A stretch of DNA of 46,398 nt from an uncultured Gammaproteobacteria bacterium (GTDB lineage: Bacteria; Patescibacteriota; Patescibacteriia; UBA1558; 2-01-FULL-52-15), in contig CAYHYG010000005.1 in assembly GCA_964360835.1 (NCBI GenBank), positions 1-46,398 of the forward strand. Direction: 5' to 3'. Within the stretch, counting starts at the first letter, position 1, and each line of letters begins with the position of its first letter. Positions 18,916-27,562 of this stretch are shown in pieces. The notes under the pieces are model-generated. The model was not told where the DNA came from. It searched no databases and was given only the letters and a program-made list of their open reading frames with translations. The position numbers were made by a program, and so were the translations under genes.

Positions 18916-20151
18916 ATGGCTATATCAAAGAAGAAGAAACAAGTAACCAAAAAAACTCTTCGCCGCCCATCGGTCACGGCCAAGAAAAAAAGCAAGAAAA
19001 TTTCTAAGCCAAAAGTCAAAGCCAAGCGACAGGTAGAGCCTCGTCGTAAGTTTAGGCTTGATCCTTTGGTAATACTGCAGTTGGAACAGAAAGCCCGTTC
19101 GCGCGGATTTCTGACCGAAGATGAATCATTGCGCATTTTTGTTGAGTTAGAAGAAAATGTTCCCGAGTTCGAAGAAATGTTGGATCGGTTGGAGGAAGCT
19201 GGTGTTCAGGTGGTTTCCACGGAAGGCAATATTCTGGATCTGACCAGCGGCAAGAAGTCCGAAAGCATTCTGACTTCAGCTGGTATTACCAGCGATAAGA
19301 AGCGTACTGACCTGACTGATATTTCCGCTGATTCAATTCAGATGTATCTACGTGAGATCGGTAAAGTTCCTTTGTTGACACCTGATGAGGAAATCATGTA
19401 CGCCAAACGTAAAGAAAAAGGCGATATGGAAGCTCGTCGTAAGCTGGTGGAATCTAACTTACGTTTAGTGGTCAGCATCGCCAAGAAATTTACCGGACGT
19501 TCTCTGACATTGTTGGATTTGATTCAAGAAGGAAATATTGGTTTATTCCGAGCGGTTGATAAGTTTGATTATCGCAAAGGCTACAAATTCTCTACCTACG
19601 CCACCTGGTGGATTCGTCAGGCCGTGACGCGTGCTCTAGCAGATCAATCTCGCACGATTCGTATTCCGGTGCATATGGTAGAAACGATCAACCGCTTTCA
19701 GCAGGTACAGCGTCGATTAATTCAGGATTTGGGACGCGAACCATTGCCAGAGGAAATTGCCTCAGAAATGGGTGAGGAGCTGGATAAGATTCGTCACATT
19801 ATCAAGATTTCTCAAGAAACAGTTTCTCTGGAAACCTCTGTCGGTGATGATGGTGATGATAATGATAGCACCTTGGGCGACTTCATCGAAGATGTCAAAA
19901 CTATTTCTCCTGACCGCGTGGCTGCCCTGCAACTGCTCAAAAATCATGTTACCTCGATTATCAAGGATCTCAGCCCGCGCGAACAGCGTATCCTAGAAAT
20001 GCGCTTTGGACTCAGTGATGGTATCGCTCATACTCTCGAGGAAGTAGGCCAAGAGTTCGGCGTTACTCGAGAACGTATCCGTCAGATCGAAGCCAAAGCT
20101 CTGGAAAAGATTGTCCAGCATCAGAGTATGAGGAAGCTCAAAGACTATTAA
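18916..20151 (+). CDS. rpoD: Primary sigma factor RpoD/SigA with Lys/Arg-rich N-terminal extension
   Basis: [56 protein letters not shown]. Confidence 0.98.
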   Translation: MAISKKKKQVTKKTLRRPSVTAKKKSKKISKPKVKAKRQVEPRRKFRLDPLVILQLEQKARSRGFLTEDESLRIFVELEENVPEFEEMLDRLEEAGVQVVSTEGNILDLTSGKKSESILTSAGITSDKKRTDLTDISADSIQMYLREIGKVPLLTPDEEIMYAKRKEKGDMEARRKLVESNLRLVVSIAKKFTGRSLTLLDLIQEGNIGLFRAVDKFDYRKGYKFSTYATWWIRQAVTRALADQSRTIRIPVHMVETINRFQQVQRRLIQDLGREPLPEEIASEMGEELDKIRHIIKISQETVSLETSVGDDGDDNDSTLGDFIEDVKTISPDRVAALQLLKNHVTSIIKDLSPREQRILEMRFGLSDGIAHTLEEVGQEFGVTRERIRQIEAKALEKIVQHQSMRKLKDY

Positions 20152-20206
20152 AATAGCGAGTGGCCTGCCCGCTTCGACAAAGCAAAGCGAGGCGAGTGGC
20201 TAGTAA

Positions 20207-20239
20207 TAAAAAAGACTCTTGTGAAAGCGGGAGTTTTTT
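20207..20239 (+). terminator. Intrinsic terminator after rpoD
   Basis: AAAAAGACTCTTG...CGGGAGTTTTTT. Confidence 0.65.
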
Positions 20240-20310
20240 AATTTGCAACCTTGACATATATAGCTTCGTAATGCATACTAGACAAGCTGAAATATTTCAG
20301 TTACTTGTGA

Positions 20311-20387
20311 TGCGGGGTAGAGCAGCCTGGCAGCTCGTTTGGCTCATAACCAAAAGGTCGCTGGTTCAAATCCAGCCCCCGCTACCA
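20311..20387 (+). tRNA. Initiator tRNA-fMet(CAT)
   Basis: 1:72 mismatch (T:T), A11-T24, GCGGGG acceptor, CTCATAA loop. Confidence 0.93.
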
Positions 20388-20518
20388 TTCGATTCGGCCT
20401 TCGTCAGACATCGGCCTCTCTCATGGTCTACGACCACTCCTTTCTAACTCAATCATTTATTCTAGAGAATCGAATGTCCTGAGCGAAGCCACGTCAGATG
20501 TGGCGAAGTCGAAGGACA
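20388..20518 (+). repeat. tRNA trailer repeat copy
   Basis: CATTCGATTC (from the CCA end) pairs with GAATCGAATG 20467-20476; CTCATGGTCTACGACCA; TGTCCTGAGCGAAGCCACGTCAGATGTGGCGAAGTCGAAGGACA. Confidence 0.85.
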
Positions 20519-20526
20519 ACAATCAA

Positions 20527-20603
20527 GGCGGCGTAGCTCAGTTAGTTAGAGCGTGGGACTCATAAGCCCGAGGTCAGTGGTGCAATTCCACTCGCCGCTA
20601 CCA
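20527..20603 (+). tRNA. tRNA(CAT), probably elongator Met (Ile2 not excluded)
   Basis: GGCGGCG/CGCCGCT acceptor, CTCATAA loop, atypical T-loop TGCAATT. Confidence 0.88.
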
Positions 20604-20690
20604 CTCGACTCGTCGTCGTTTCACTCCTCCTCGCTCGTGGTTTCGGCTAACGCCTCAACCAGAATTAACGCAGACCAAGTGTCTGTTTTT

Positions 20691-21035
20691 TTAATATTCT
20701 CGCAGATAAGCCGCCAGCAAACTGCGATGGCATTTCATCCCATCTTTACTATGCCCGATCAATGTAACTGATTTATTTCTTGCCACCTTTTTTATGGTTT
20801 CCAAAAGTGATTGGAGTTCAGTCTGTTGTAGCTGCAGTTTATATCGTTCTGAAAATGTATCCCAAATATAATTCTGACCGTTCCAATTTTTGACCAACTC
20901 CAATGGACTGCCTAACTCCGGAAACCATAGGTCAAAAAAACCAAGCTCTGCTTGTTTGGGATAGTAGCTGGAGACCAAAATTCTCAAGCCATCAACATCT
21001 TCACGTGACTCATGTACTGATTTTGTCTTGATCAT
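20691..21035 (-). CDS. DUF488/YeaO-like protein
   Basis: DGLRILV, DLWFPELGSPLELV, WDTFSERYKLQL, VTL...CHRSLL. Confidence 0.8.
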   Translation of the reverse strand: MIKTKSVHESREDVDGLRILVSSYYPKQAELGFFDLWFPELGSPLELVKNWNGQNYIWDTFSERYKLQLQQTELQSLLETIKKVARNKSVTLIGHSKDGMKCHRSLLAAYLREY

Positions 21036-21618
21036 GGGAGTCTGGAGCTATATGCTTGGCTATACTGGCGCTTGATAAGACAATGGCAATGAGAGCTAAG
21101 ATAGTAGCAATCATAGCCGTAGCTTCTGTCTGCGGCGAGACAAACATAAAGAGTACGAGGATTACTTGAACAGTAAATTTGTATTTACCAAAAATATTTG
21201 CCCCCAGAGATCGTTTTTGACCCAGTGCCTCAAAAATTGGTTTTAAAATCATGCTCATAATTATCAGAAGAATTTCCAGACCAACAATACAGATAATGAG
21301 AAGCCAGGGCAGGAAATAGGCTCCAAGTAGAATTATGACCGGCAAGGCAATGAGCTTGTCGGCTAGAGGATCAAGTAGTTTGCCTAGAGTGGTGATGCGC
21401 TTGGTCAGACGCGCCAGCGGACCATCAAGATAATCCAGTAGAGCGGCAAAAATAAAGACTATCAAAGCCCACCAGCGTTGATCCATTTGTAGGAGATAGA
21501 TGAGTGGTATGGCCAGAACGACGCGTGACCAGCTTAACATTTGCGGGCTGACCCACCTAGGAAACCAGCGAACAATGGAGATTGCTAGCCGTTCTTTGTG
21601 GCGATAGACAAGGCTCAT
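21010..21618 (-). CDS. pgsA: CDP-alcohol phosphatidyltransferase (PgsA-like)
   Basis: DYLDGPLAR...TTLGKLLDPLADK signature, GKYKFTVQ. Confidence 0.9.
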   Translation of the reverse strand: MSLVYRHKERLAISIVRWFPRWVSPQMLSWSRVVLAIPLIYLLQMDQRWWALIVFIFAALLDYLDGPLARLTKRITTLGKLLDPLADKLIALPVIILLGAYFLPWLLIICIVGLEILLIIMSMILKPIFEALGQKRSLGANIFGKYKFTVQVILVLFMFVSPQTEATAMIATILALIAIVLSSASIAKHIAPDSHDQDKIST

Positions 21619-22061
21619 AGTATTGGTAGGAAGCTGACAATGATAATGGTAACAGCGGCAGCGGCCAGATCATCCAAAATAATACCCCAGACGCCAGGAA
21701 TTTTTTCTATTTTCCGTATACCGAAAGGTTTAAAAATATCCAAGAGACGAAAGATAATAAAAGCGCTCAGGTAATGGTACCAGACCGGTGGCAAGGAGCC
21801 TATAATCAGCAGACAGGCCAAGATTTCATCACCAACAATTTCTGGAAGGTCACGATACTGTTGATTGCGACTATAGAGCACCGTGGCCCAGAGAACGATG
21901 ATGATGAGTACAAGGTAGAGGAGGACTTCGGGCGTTGAAGTTAAGCGAGTAGCGATGAAAAACCAGAAAAGGAATGGTGCGGCGCTGGCCATAGTGCCAG
22001 GCATAGGCAGACGACCGAGACCAGCACCAGTGGCTATGAAACGAGCGAGTCTATTATTCAT
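21615..22061 (-). CDS. pgpA: Phosphatidylglycerophosphatase A
   Basis: PGTMAS, EIVGDEI, FRLLDIFKPFGIR, GIILDDLAA. Confidence 0.9.
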   Translation of the reverse strand: MNNRLARFIATGAGLGRLPMPGTMASAAPFLFWFFIATRLTSTPEVLLYLVLIIIVLWATVLYSRNQQYRDLPEIVGDEILACLLIIGSLPPVWYHYLSAFIIFRLLDIFKPFGIRKIEKIPGVWGIILDDLAAAAVTIIIVSFLPIL

Positions 22062-22935
22062 TGGATGCTTTGATAACAGTTAGACGCTTAGGTAGAACCT
22101 CGATTGAAAGTTGTGAGCCAGTGGCTACAATATAATCACCATCAATCTGCGGTAGACCGAGCCCTTTCATTTCAATCGAAAATTTACTACCTTCGGTCAC
22201 CAGCAGGTGACGCGCAGGTTTATGATGAAAGTAGTAATAATAAAAAGCTGGAAATAAGGACCAAAAGTTTTTGTTGGTGACGACAGTCAGCTCAAATTTG
22301 CCATCACTGAGATCATGCTTGCGTTTGGTGCGTAGGCTAAAGAGGCGAGAAGTGTTGACGATAAATAAACTATGTCCGGAAATATCGTATTGTTGACCAT
22401 CAACCGTAAAGTGAAAATGTAGCTGTCGTATCTTCCGATGGAGGAAAAATGATAGCAAGTAACCGAAGAAGCCAAAATAGGTTTTCATACGGCTATCGGC
22501 AGCGATAATACGCTCAGCCACATAGCCTAGAGCGAAGGCATCCAGGAAGTAATATTTACCGTTGATCAAACCGACGTCAATTTTTAATTTTTGTCCTGTA
22601 TGAATGAGACGTAATGCTTGGTGAATATTGCGCGGCAAGCCCAGACTTTGGGCTAGCATATTAGCCGAGCCGATAGGTACTACGGCCAAAGGGATGTCGT
22701 GCTTATCATTTAGTAAGAAGGTAGCAACTTCTCTAATGGTACCGTCGCCACCGGCTACAATAATCGTTTCATAATTCCATTCACGTTCAATCTTTTTTTC
22801 GCGTTTAAAATACTCATGAGTCATGAATTCTAGATTGTAACGTTGACGAGGAAACTCTTTTTTTATTAATCGTGTCAATCGACGATGACGACGACGGCCT
22901 GCGATGGGATTGTATATGACGAGTATTTTTTTCAT
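22054..22935 (-). CDS. Soluble diacylglycerol/lipid kinase (DagK/YegS family)
   Basis: IYNPIAG, VAGGDGTIREV, PIGSANMLA, QIDGD. Confidence 0.92.
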   Translation of the reverse strand: MKKILVIYNPIAGRRRHRRLTRLIKKEFPRQRYNLEFMTHEYFKREKKIEREWNYETIIVAGGDGTIREVATFLLNDKHDIPLAVVPIGSANMLAQSLGLPRNIHQALRLIHTGQKLKIDVGLINGKYYFLDAFALGYVAERIIAADSRMKTYFGFFGYLLSFFLHRKIRQLHFHFTVDGQQYDISGHSLFIVNTSRLFSLRTKRKHDLSDGKFELTVVTNKNFWSLFPAFYYYYFHHKPARHLLVTEGSKFSIEMKGLGLPQIDGDYIVATGSQLSIEVLPKRLTVIKASNE

Positions 22936-22936
22936 A

Positions 22937-23494
22937 TTACCACCAAACTTTTTTTATTTTTAGCCAATAGCCGGCAATATTGGTAATGGGGTGTAAGATT
23001 AAGGTAATAATCAAGGAAAGCCATATGAGCCAAGCAGATATGGGGTTTATGAGTGAAATAATCAGCAGATAGCCCAAAATAAAATCAACTTGATCAAATA
23101 TTGGCCACGGCTGTCCGGAGTTAATTTTAAATCTGCGTTTGAAAAAACTTTTGATCACGTCACCGCCGAGGGCGCCGATAGCACTGAGGATAGCTACGAT
23201 GAAGAAAGAATTTTTTTGATAATCAATCATGGTCCATGACTCCAGCCAGCCTGACCACTGTAGGTATGATTGAATACCACAGATAATCAGCGCAGCTAGA
23301 AAGCCACTGATCAGGCCTCGCCAGGTTTTGCCAGAGCCCAGGAGTCGCTGACCCCAGAGACTATGGCCGCCATCTATTGGTCGGTTCAAGTCTGGCCAGA
23401 GACCTAGTCGCATGATTATGACCGGTGTCATATTGGCAAAGTAGGCTGGCGCCAGAAAATAGATAGTGGCCAAAATTAGATTAAGATCTATCAT
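22937..23494 (-). CDS. CDP-archaeol synthase family (CarS/DUF46) cytidylyltransferase
   Basis: PAYFANMTPV, RPIDGG, LLGSGKTWRG, GDVIKSFFKRR, PIFDQVDF, LHPITNIAGY..KIKKVWW. Confidence 0.85.
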   Translation of the reverse strand: MIDLNLILATIYFLAPAYFANMTPVIIMRLGLWPDLNRPIDGGHSLWGQRLLGSGKTWRGLISGFLAALIICGIQSYLQWSGWLESWTMIDYQKNSFFIVAILSAIGALGGDVIKSFFKRRFKINSGQPWPIFDQVDFILGYLLIISLINPISAWLIWLSLIITLILHPITNIAGYWLKIKKVWW

Positions 23495-24587
23495 ATACAG
23501 CTCGTAATACTTCTAATGTTTTTTTGGCAGTGACGACCCAGGTGTACTGTTGACTGTGTGTCAGACCAGCACCGATCAATCGTTGTCTCATCTCAGGATT
23601 GTGAAGTGTTTGCTCGATAGCCATCAGGGTTGCTTCTGTATCATTAACATCTACTAGATACGCGGCCTGACCGCAGATCTCGGGTAAGCAGGTAGCATTA
23701 TTGACTACAGCTGGGGTGCCGCAGGCCATAGCTTCTAGAGGACTGAAACCAAAACCTTCATATTTAGCAAAATGTAGCAAAGCTCGAGCTCCACGAATGA
23801 GACGGAATTTTTCTTCCTCAGTAATCCAGCCGGTAGGTACGACGGCCGACTCCAAGTCATGCTTATTCATGATTGCTTCGGCTTCGTTCCAGCCACGACT
23901 AGGAAAACCAACGAGATATAGTTTCAGATTTTTGCCCCACTCGGTCTGACGGGTCGCCACGAAGACTTCCATCAACCGGGCAATATTCTTTTTACTTTCT
24001 AGCCGACTGACGAAAATGAGATACTCAGCTGGCGGTGTGACTGCATGTTCCGCCATGACCGTATTGATGACTGGCCAATTGAGACCGAGGTGAGTCACGG
24101 TGATTCGCTGAGGATTAAAATTATAATATTTAATAATTTCCTGTTTGGAGAATTCTGAGACTGTCGTTATCTGGCGACAGAACCATTTGGCCCAGTAGGT
24201 GGCCAACCGTAGGTACCAGCGACTTTTTTGCGACAGGTCATGCTTATAGACTTCATAGGCGACATCATGGATGCAGGTGACAGTATTAGGCGCGGAGATA
24301 AAAGGAATGATAGAAGCAGGGATAAAGAGCACATCTGGCCGATGCCAGACCATCTCCAATGATAGGCGAATCTGTGTCCAGAGATAGCGGAAAGGCCAGC
24401 GTAGCTGACGATATTCGACATTACTGCCTAGGTTCTGTAGCCGTGACTCTGGTTCAGAATTAAAATAAAGCCGGAAGGTAATATCAGGCGCTTGCTGTAT
24501 CATTTCTTTGATTAAAAAAAACGAGTACCATTCAACGCCAGTTTTTTGTGGTTTATTGGCCCTGGTCGCATCAATGCCGATTATCAT
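23481..24587 (-). CDS. Glycosyltransferase family 4
   Basis: IGIDA, TGVEWYS, IHDVAY, VSEFSK, KKNI, YEGFGFSPLEAMACGTP. Confidence 0.93.
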   Translation of the reverse strand: MIIGIDATRANKPQKTGVEWYSFFLIKEMIQQAPDITFRLYFNSEPESRLQNLGSNVEYRQLRWPFRYLWTQIRLSLEMVWHRPDVLFIPASIIPFISAPNTVTCIHDVAYEVYKHDLSQKSRWYLRLATYWAKWFCRQITTVSEFSKQEIIKYYNFNPQRITVTHLGLNWPVINTVMAEHAVTPPAEYLIFVSRLESKKNIARLMEVFVATRQTEWGKNLKLYLVGFPSRGWNEAEAIMNKHDLESAVVPTGWITEEEKFRLIRGARALLHFAKYEGFGFSPLEAMACGTPAVVNNATCLPEICGQAAYLVDVNDTEATLMAIEQTLHNPEMRQRLIGAGLTHSQQYTWVVTAKKTLEVLRAVYDRS

Positions 24588-24783
24588 AATGCTGGAAGTT
24601 TAGCAAAATAAGCCAAAATATCAACGCATCGATTGATTGACAATAGTGACTATATTTAGTATGTTGATTGCTGTTCTGACAAAAAATAAATTGGCCGCCG
24701 TGGTGCCCTGCACCACGTTGGGTGCAGGGTTGGCAATTAATTTTGTCGACTGTATAAAATAAGTAGGTCATAGGATTAAATAT

Positions 24784-24870
24784 GCCGCTGTGGTGAAACT
24801 GGTAGACACGCACGACTCAAAATCGTGTGAGAGTAATCTTATGTCGGTTCGAGTCCGACCAGCGGCACCA
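24784..24870 (+). tRNA. tRNA-Leu(CAA)
   Basis: CACGA-CTCAAAA-TCGTG, variable arm, CCA. Confidence 0.96.
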
Positions 24871-24990
24871 TTCGATTCGCCCTTCGCGGGGCTCAGGTCT
24901 CTCTTATGGTCTACGACCACCCTCCTAATCACTGCCGGTGTTTGAGGAGTTGAATCGAATGTCCCGAGCGAAGCCGAGGGGCACAGCTCG
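24871..24990 (+). repeat. tRNA trailer repeat copy
   Basis: CATTCGATTC pairs with GAATCGAATG 24952-24961; CTTATGGTCTACGACCA; TGTCCCGAGCGAAGCCGAGGGGCA. Confidence 0.85.
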
Positions 24991-25065
24991 CCGTTCGAGG
25001 TCCTGAGGGTCTCTCAGGCTCGATGGGTGGTTTTGGCTAAAGCCTCATATCTATTCTGGACGCAT

Positions 25066-25141
25066 CGGGGATTGGCGCAGCTGGTAGCGCGCACGCATGG
25101 GGTGCGTGAGGTCGCCCGTTCGAGTCGGGTATCCCCGACCA
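25066..25141 (+). tRNA. tRNA-Pro(GGG)
   Basis: CGGGGAT acceptor, CACGC-ATGGGGT-GCGTG, CCA. Confidence 0.96.
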
Positions 25142-25191
25142 TTGGACTTAGTTCAGTATCTATGATCAGTAGTTTGAAAAAATATGTATAT

Positions 25192-25266
25192 TCCGCGATA
25201 GCTCAGCGGTAGAGCAACTGGCTGTTAACCAGTGGGTCGTCGGTTCGAATCCGACTCGCGGAGCCA
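25192..25266 (+). tRNA. tRNA-Asn(GTT)
   Basis: ACTGG-CTGTTAA-CCAGT, GCCA end. Confidence 0.97.
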
Positions 25267-25308
25267 AAGAAAAGAAGATGAACCTTGAGTTCATCTTCTT
25301 TTCTTTTT
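25267..25308 (+). terminator. Terminator hairpin after tRNA-Asn
   Basis: AAGAAAAGAAGATGAAC-CTTGA-GTTCATCTTCTTTTCTT plus Ts. Confidence 0.8.
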
Positions 25309-25446
25309 GGGCGACGTCCAGAGGCGCATAGTTCTTGCGCCGTGGGGCGGAGCCAAAGAGCCACATTTATGGCGGAGCTCCCGAAAGCTTCGTCACAAAG
25401 TATTACGGTCAGTCATAAAAACAGGAATAATAATTATCCTGTTTTT

Positions 25447-25635
25447 ATGTTTTATACATATGTATTATTTAGCCAGAAAGATAAAGGATTATATATTGGC
25501 TATACTTCAAATCTGAAACAAAGACTTTTAAGACATTACGATGGTTTTGCGTTTTCCACAAAATCAAGACGGCCTTTCAAATTGATTTACTACGAAGCTG
25601 ACGCAAATAAATATGATGCATTAATGCGTTCTTGA
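25447..25635 (+). pseudogene. C-terminally truncated GIY-YIG nuclease
   Basis: MFYTYVL...LYIGYTSNLKQRL..H...STKSRRPFKLIYYEA...DALMRS*; stops where the R-E-x-x-x-K helix seen in the 1-213 copy should follow. Confidence 0.75.
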
Positions 25636-25695
25636 AATGGAGATCTATCAATGACAGTAGCGAAGTGTCTTCGGCTCTCACCATAGGAGGAGTGT

Positions 25696-26055
25696 ATGGC
25701 CACAGATTGTGAGAAATTAAGTGCGAATGCTCAGAGTATTTTTGAACGCCTCAAGCCGCATTTTCCGCCTGATCCATGGAACAAGCCTCAGTGGCATGAG
25801 GACGGAAGAGTCTATGACAACGGCTGGTATGATCTGCGTCTGAGCGTCGATCGTGATCGACTGATGGAGATGAGGAGAAGGTTGTTGGGTAGTCTCGTTG
25901 AAATCCAGGCTGGTGTCATCATCAAGCGAGTTGGTTCGCTGGCCAGGTTCACCTACGAGCACTTCACATCGCACATGCAGGAAGTGGTCGAGCTGATACG
26001 CGACCTGAACGAGCTCGACTTCCAGATCGAAACGCTGGACCTGATCGAATCGTGA
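25696..26055 (+). CDS. Hypothetical protein (ORFan cassette)
   Basis: SD AGGAGGAG, 119 aa, strong hairpin immediately downstream. Confidence 0.75.
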   Translation: MATDCEKLSANAQSIFERLKPHFPPDPWNKPQWHEDGRVYDNGWYDLRLSVDRDRLMEMRRRLLGSLVEIQAGVIIKRVGSLARFTYEHFTSHMQEVVELIRDLNELDFQIETLDLIES

Positions 26056-26061
26056 GCTTCA

Positions 26062-26094
26062 AAACCCGCCCCGAGCAATGCTCGGGGCGGGTTT
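26062..26094. terminator. Bidirectional terminator
   Basis: AAACCCGCCCCGAGCA-A-TGCTCGGGGCGGGTTT between convergent genes. Confidence 0.85.
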
Positions 26095-26129
26095 AAAAAC
26101 GCATTGATGCTTACGTTGACGGAGTATTA

Positions 26130-26525
26130 CTAGTTGAAGGCAATCTCAAAAGAATACATACCCATGCCGCATAAGCCTTGGAGTTTGGTACCCCTGGCTT
26201 GCGCGGGAATTTCTAAATCAGTATTGCCAGTTGGAGGTAAATATTTTCGGTAATTCAATGAAGGAATGACAATAGAGGAGGAACAGTCAAAGGTATTATT
26301 AGTGGCTATTCGTAGAGTGCCAGGAATTCCTGCTTGCGCCGTGGTTTTCCTCGGAGCGTAGCCGCCCTTAGCGGCGATAGTGATAATTTGTTTACCGTTT
26401 TCTGTGGTCACGTTTGAACCAGCTACTTGATTATCAGTCGGCTGGTCGCCGCCGCTACCTGCGAGCATAAAAACTCCAATTAGAAGGACAATGGTTAATC
26501 CCAAGAAGATATAAGCTGCTTTCAT
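26130..26525 (-). CDS. Membrane-anchored cupredoxin-domain protein
   Basis: N-terminal TM, GGYAP, DCSSSIVIP, LCGMGMYS. Confidence 0.85.
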   Translation of the reverse strand: MKAAYIFLGLTIVLLIGVFMLAGSGGDQPTDNQVAGSNVTTENGKQIITIAAKGGYAPRKTTAQAGIPGTLRIATNNTFDCSSSIVIPSLNYRKYLPPTGNTDLEIPAQARGTKLQGLCGMGMYSFEIAFN

Positions 26526-26540
26526 GATTTTATATTAGCA

Positions 26541-27560
26541 TTAAAAGTTGAAGACTGGCGAGATAATCCCCATAGCCGCCAGACTGTTGATAAGATTAAA
26601 GACACCAAAGAATAGTACTAGCAGACCAGCTGCTTTGAAGAAAACTCCGGCAAATGGTTTATTCTGAATGCTGTAGGAACTGAAACTGAGAAGGGCTAAG
26701 ACCGGCAAAGTTCCCAGTGCAAAGGCGCCCATGATCATAGCACCTGTCCAAGGGTTTCCTGTTTGCAAAGCATACAGTTGCATTGATTGGGTGAAACCAC
26801 ATGGGAGAAAAAAAGTAGCTGTGCCCAGAATAATAGGTGTCAATAAACTTTTTTTACTTTTTAATTGGTCGACTTTATGTCCAAATTTACTTGGCAAAGC
26901 CGGCTGAAGCTTTTTGAGTTGTGGGAAAAGATCTAGTAAGTTTAATCCGAGTATCAATAAAGTAACAGCTACGGCTAAACTTAATATTCCGGTGCCCCAG
27001 CTATTTAGTTGAAAAGCGGTACCTAGGAGACCCATGACAGCACCAAGAATGACAAAGCTGATTAGACGGGAGAGGTGAAAGGCGACTTGTGGTTTGGTAT
27101 TGTCACCTTGTTTAGCCTCGGTGGCGGCCAGCGAAAGGACCAATCCCCCGACAACGGCCATACAGGTCGAAACCGAGGCCACTAGACCTATAACGAAAGC
27201 TGTACCGGCCGAGGCTTCGGAACTATTAATTGCATTGATCAGACCAATTTTCTGTAGCCAGAAGAAGAAACCAATAATTAGTAGAGTTATGGGTACGGCC
27301 CAGAGTAATTCAGACCATTTTTTTGGTGGCTGTATTTTCTCCAAAGTTAGCTCATAGCCATATTGTTTTAGAGGTACTGACAATTCTTGAGCCAAGAGCT
27401 CTAGTTTTTTATCATTAAAGTTTCCTTCAATTTCCACACTTAAAGTTTTCAACGAAGCTTTGGCTTTTGTCACACCAGGCATTTGTGTTAGCTCTTGTTC
27501 GGTCAGCACCACACACGATGGGCAATGCATACCTTTGACATAGAATGTTTCAGTCGACAT
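26541..27560 (-). CDS. HMA domain + DsbD/TauE-like membrane protein
   Basis: GMHCPSC; STCMAVVGG, FFLPCGFTQSMQ, FALGTLP. Confidence 0.85.
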   Translation of the reverse strand: MSTETFYVKGMHCPSCVVLTEQELTQMPGVTKAKASLKTLSVEIEGNFNDKKLELLAQELSVPLKQYGYELTLEKIQPPKKWSELLWAVPITLLIIGFFFWLQKIGLINAINSSEASAGTAFVIGLVASVSTCMAVVGGLVLSLAATEAKQGDNTKPQVAFHLSRLISFVILGAVMGLLGTAFQLNSWGTGILSLAVAVTLLILGLNLLDLFPQLKKLQPALPSKFGHKVDQLKSKKSLLTPIILGTATFFLPCGFTQSMQLYALQTGNPWTGAMIMGAFALGTLPVLALLSFSSYSIQNKPFAGVFFKAAGLLVLFFGVFNLINSLAAMGIISPVFNF

Positions 27561-27562
27561 AA

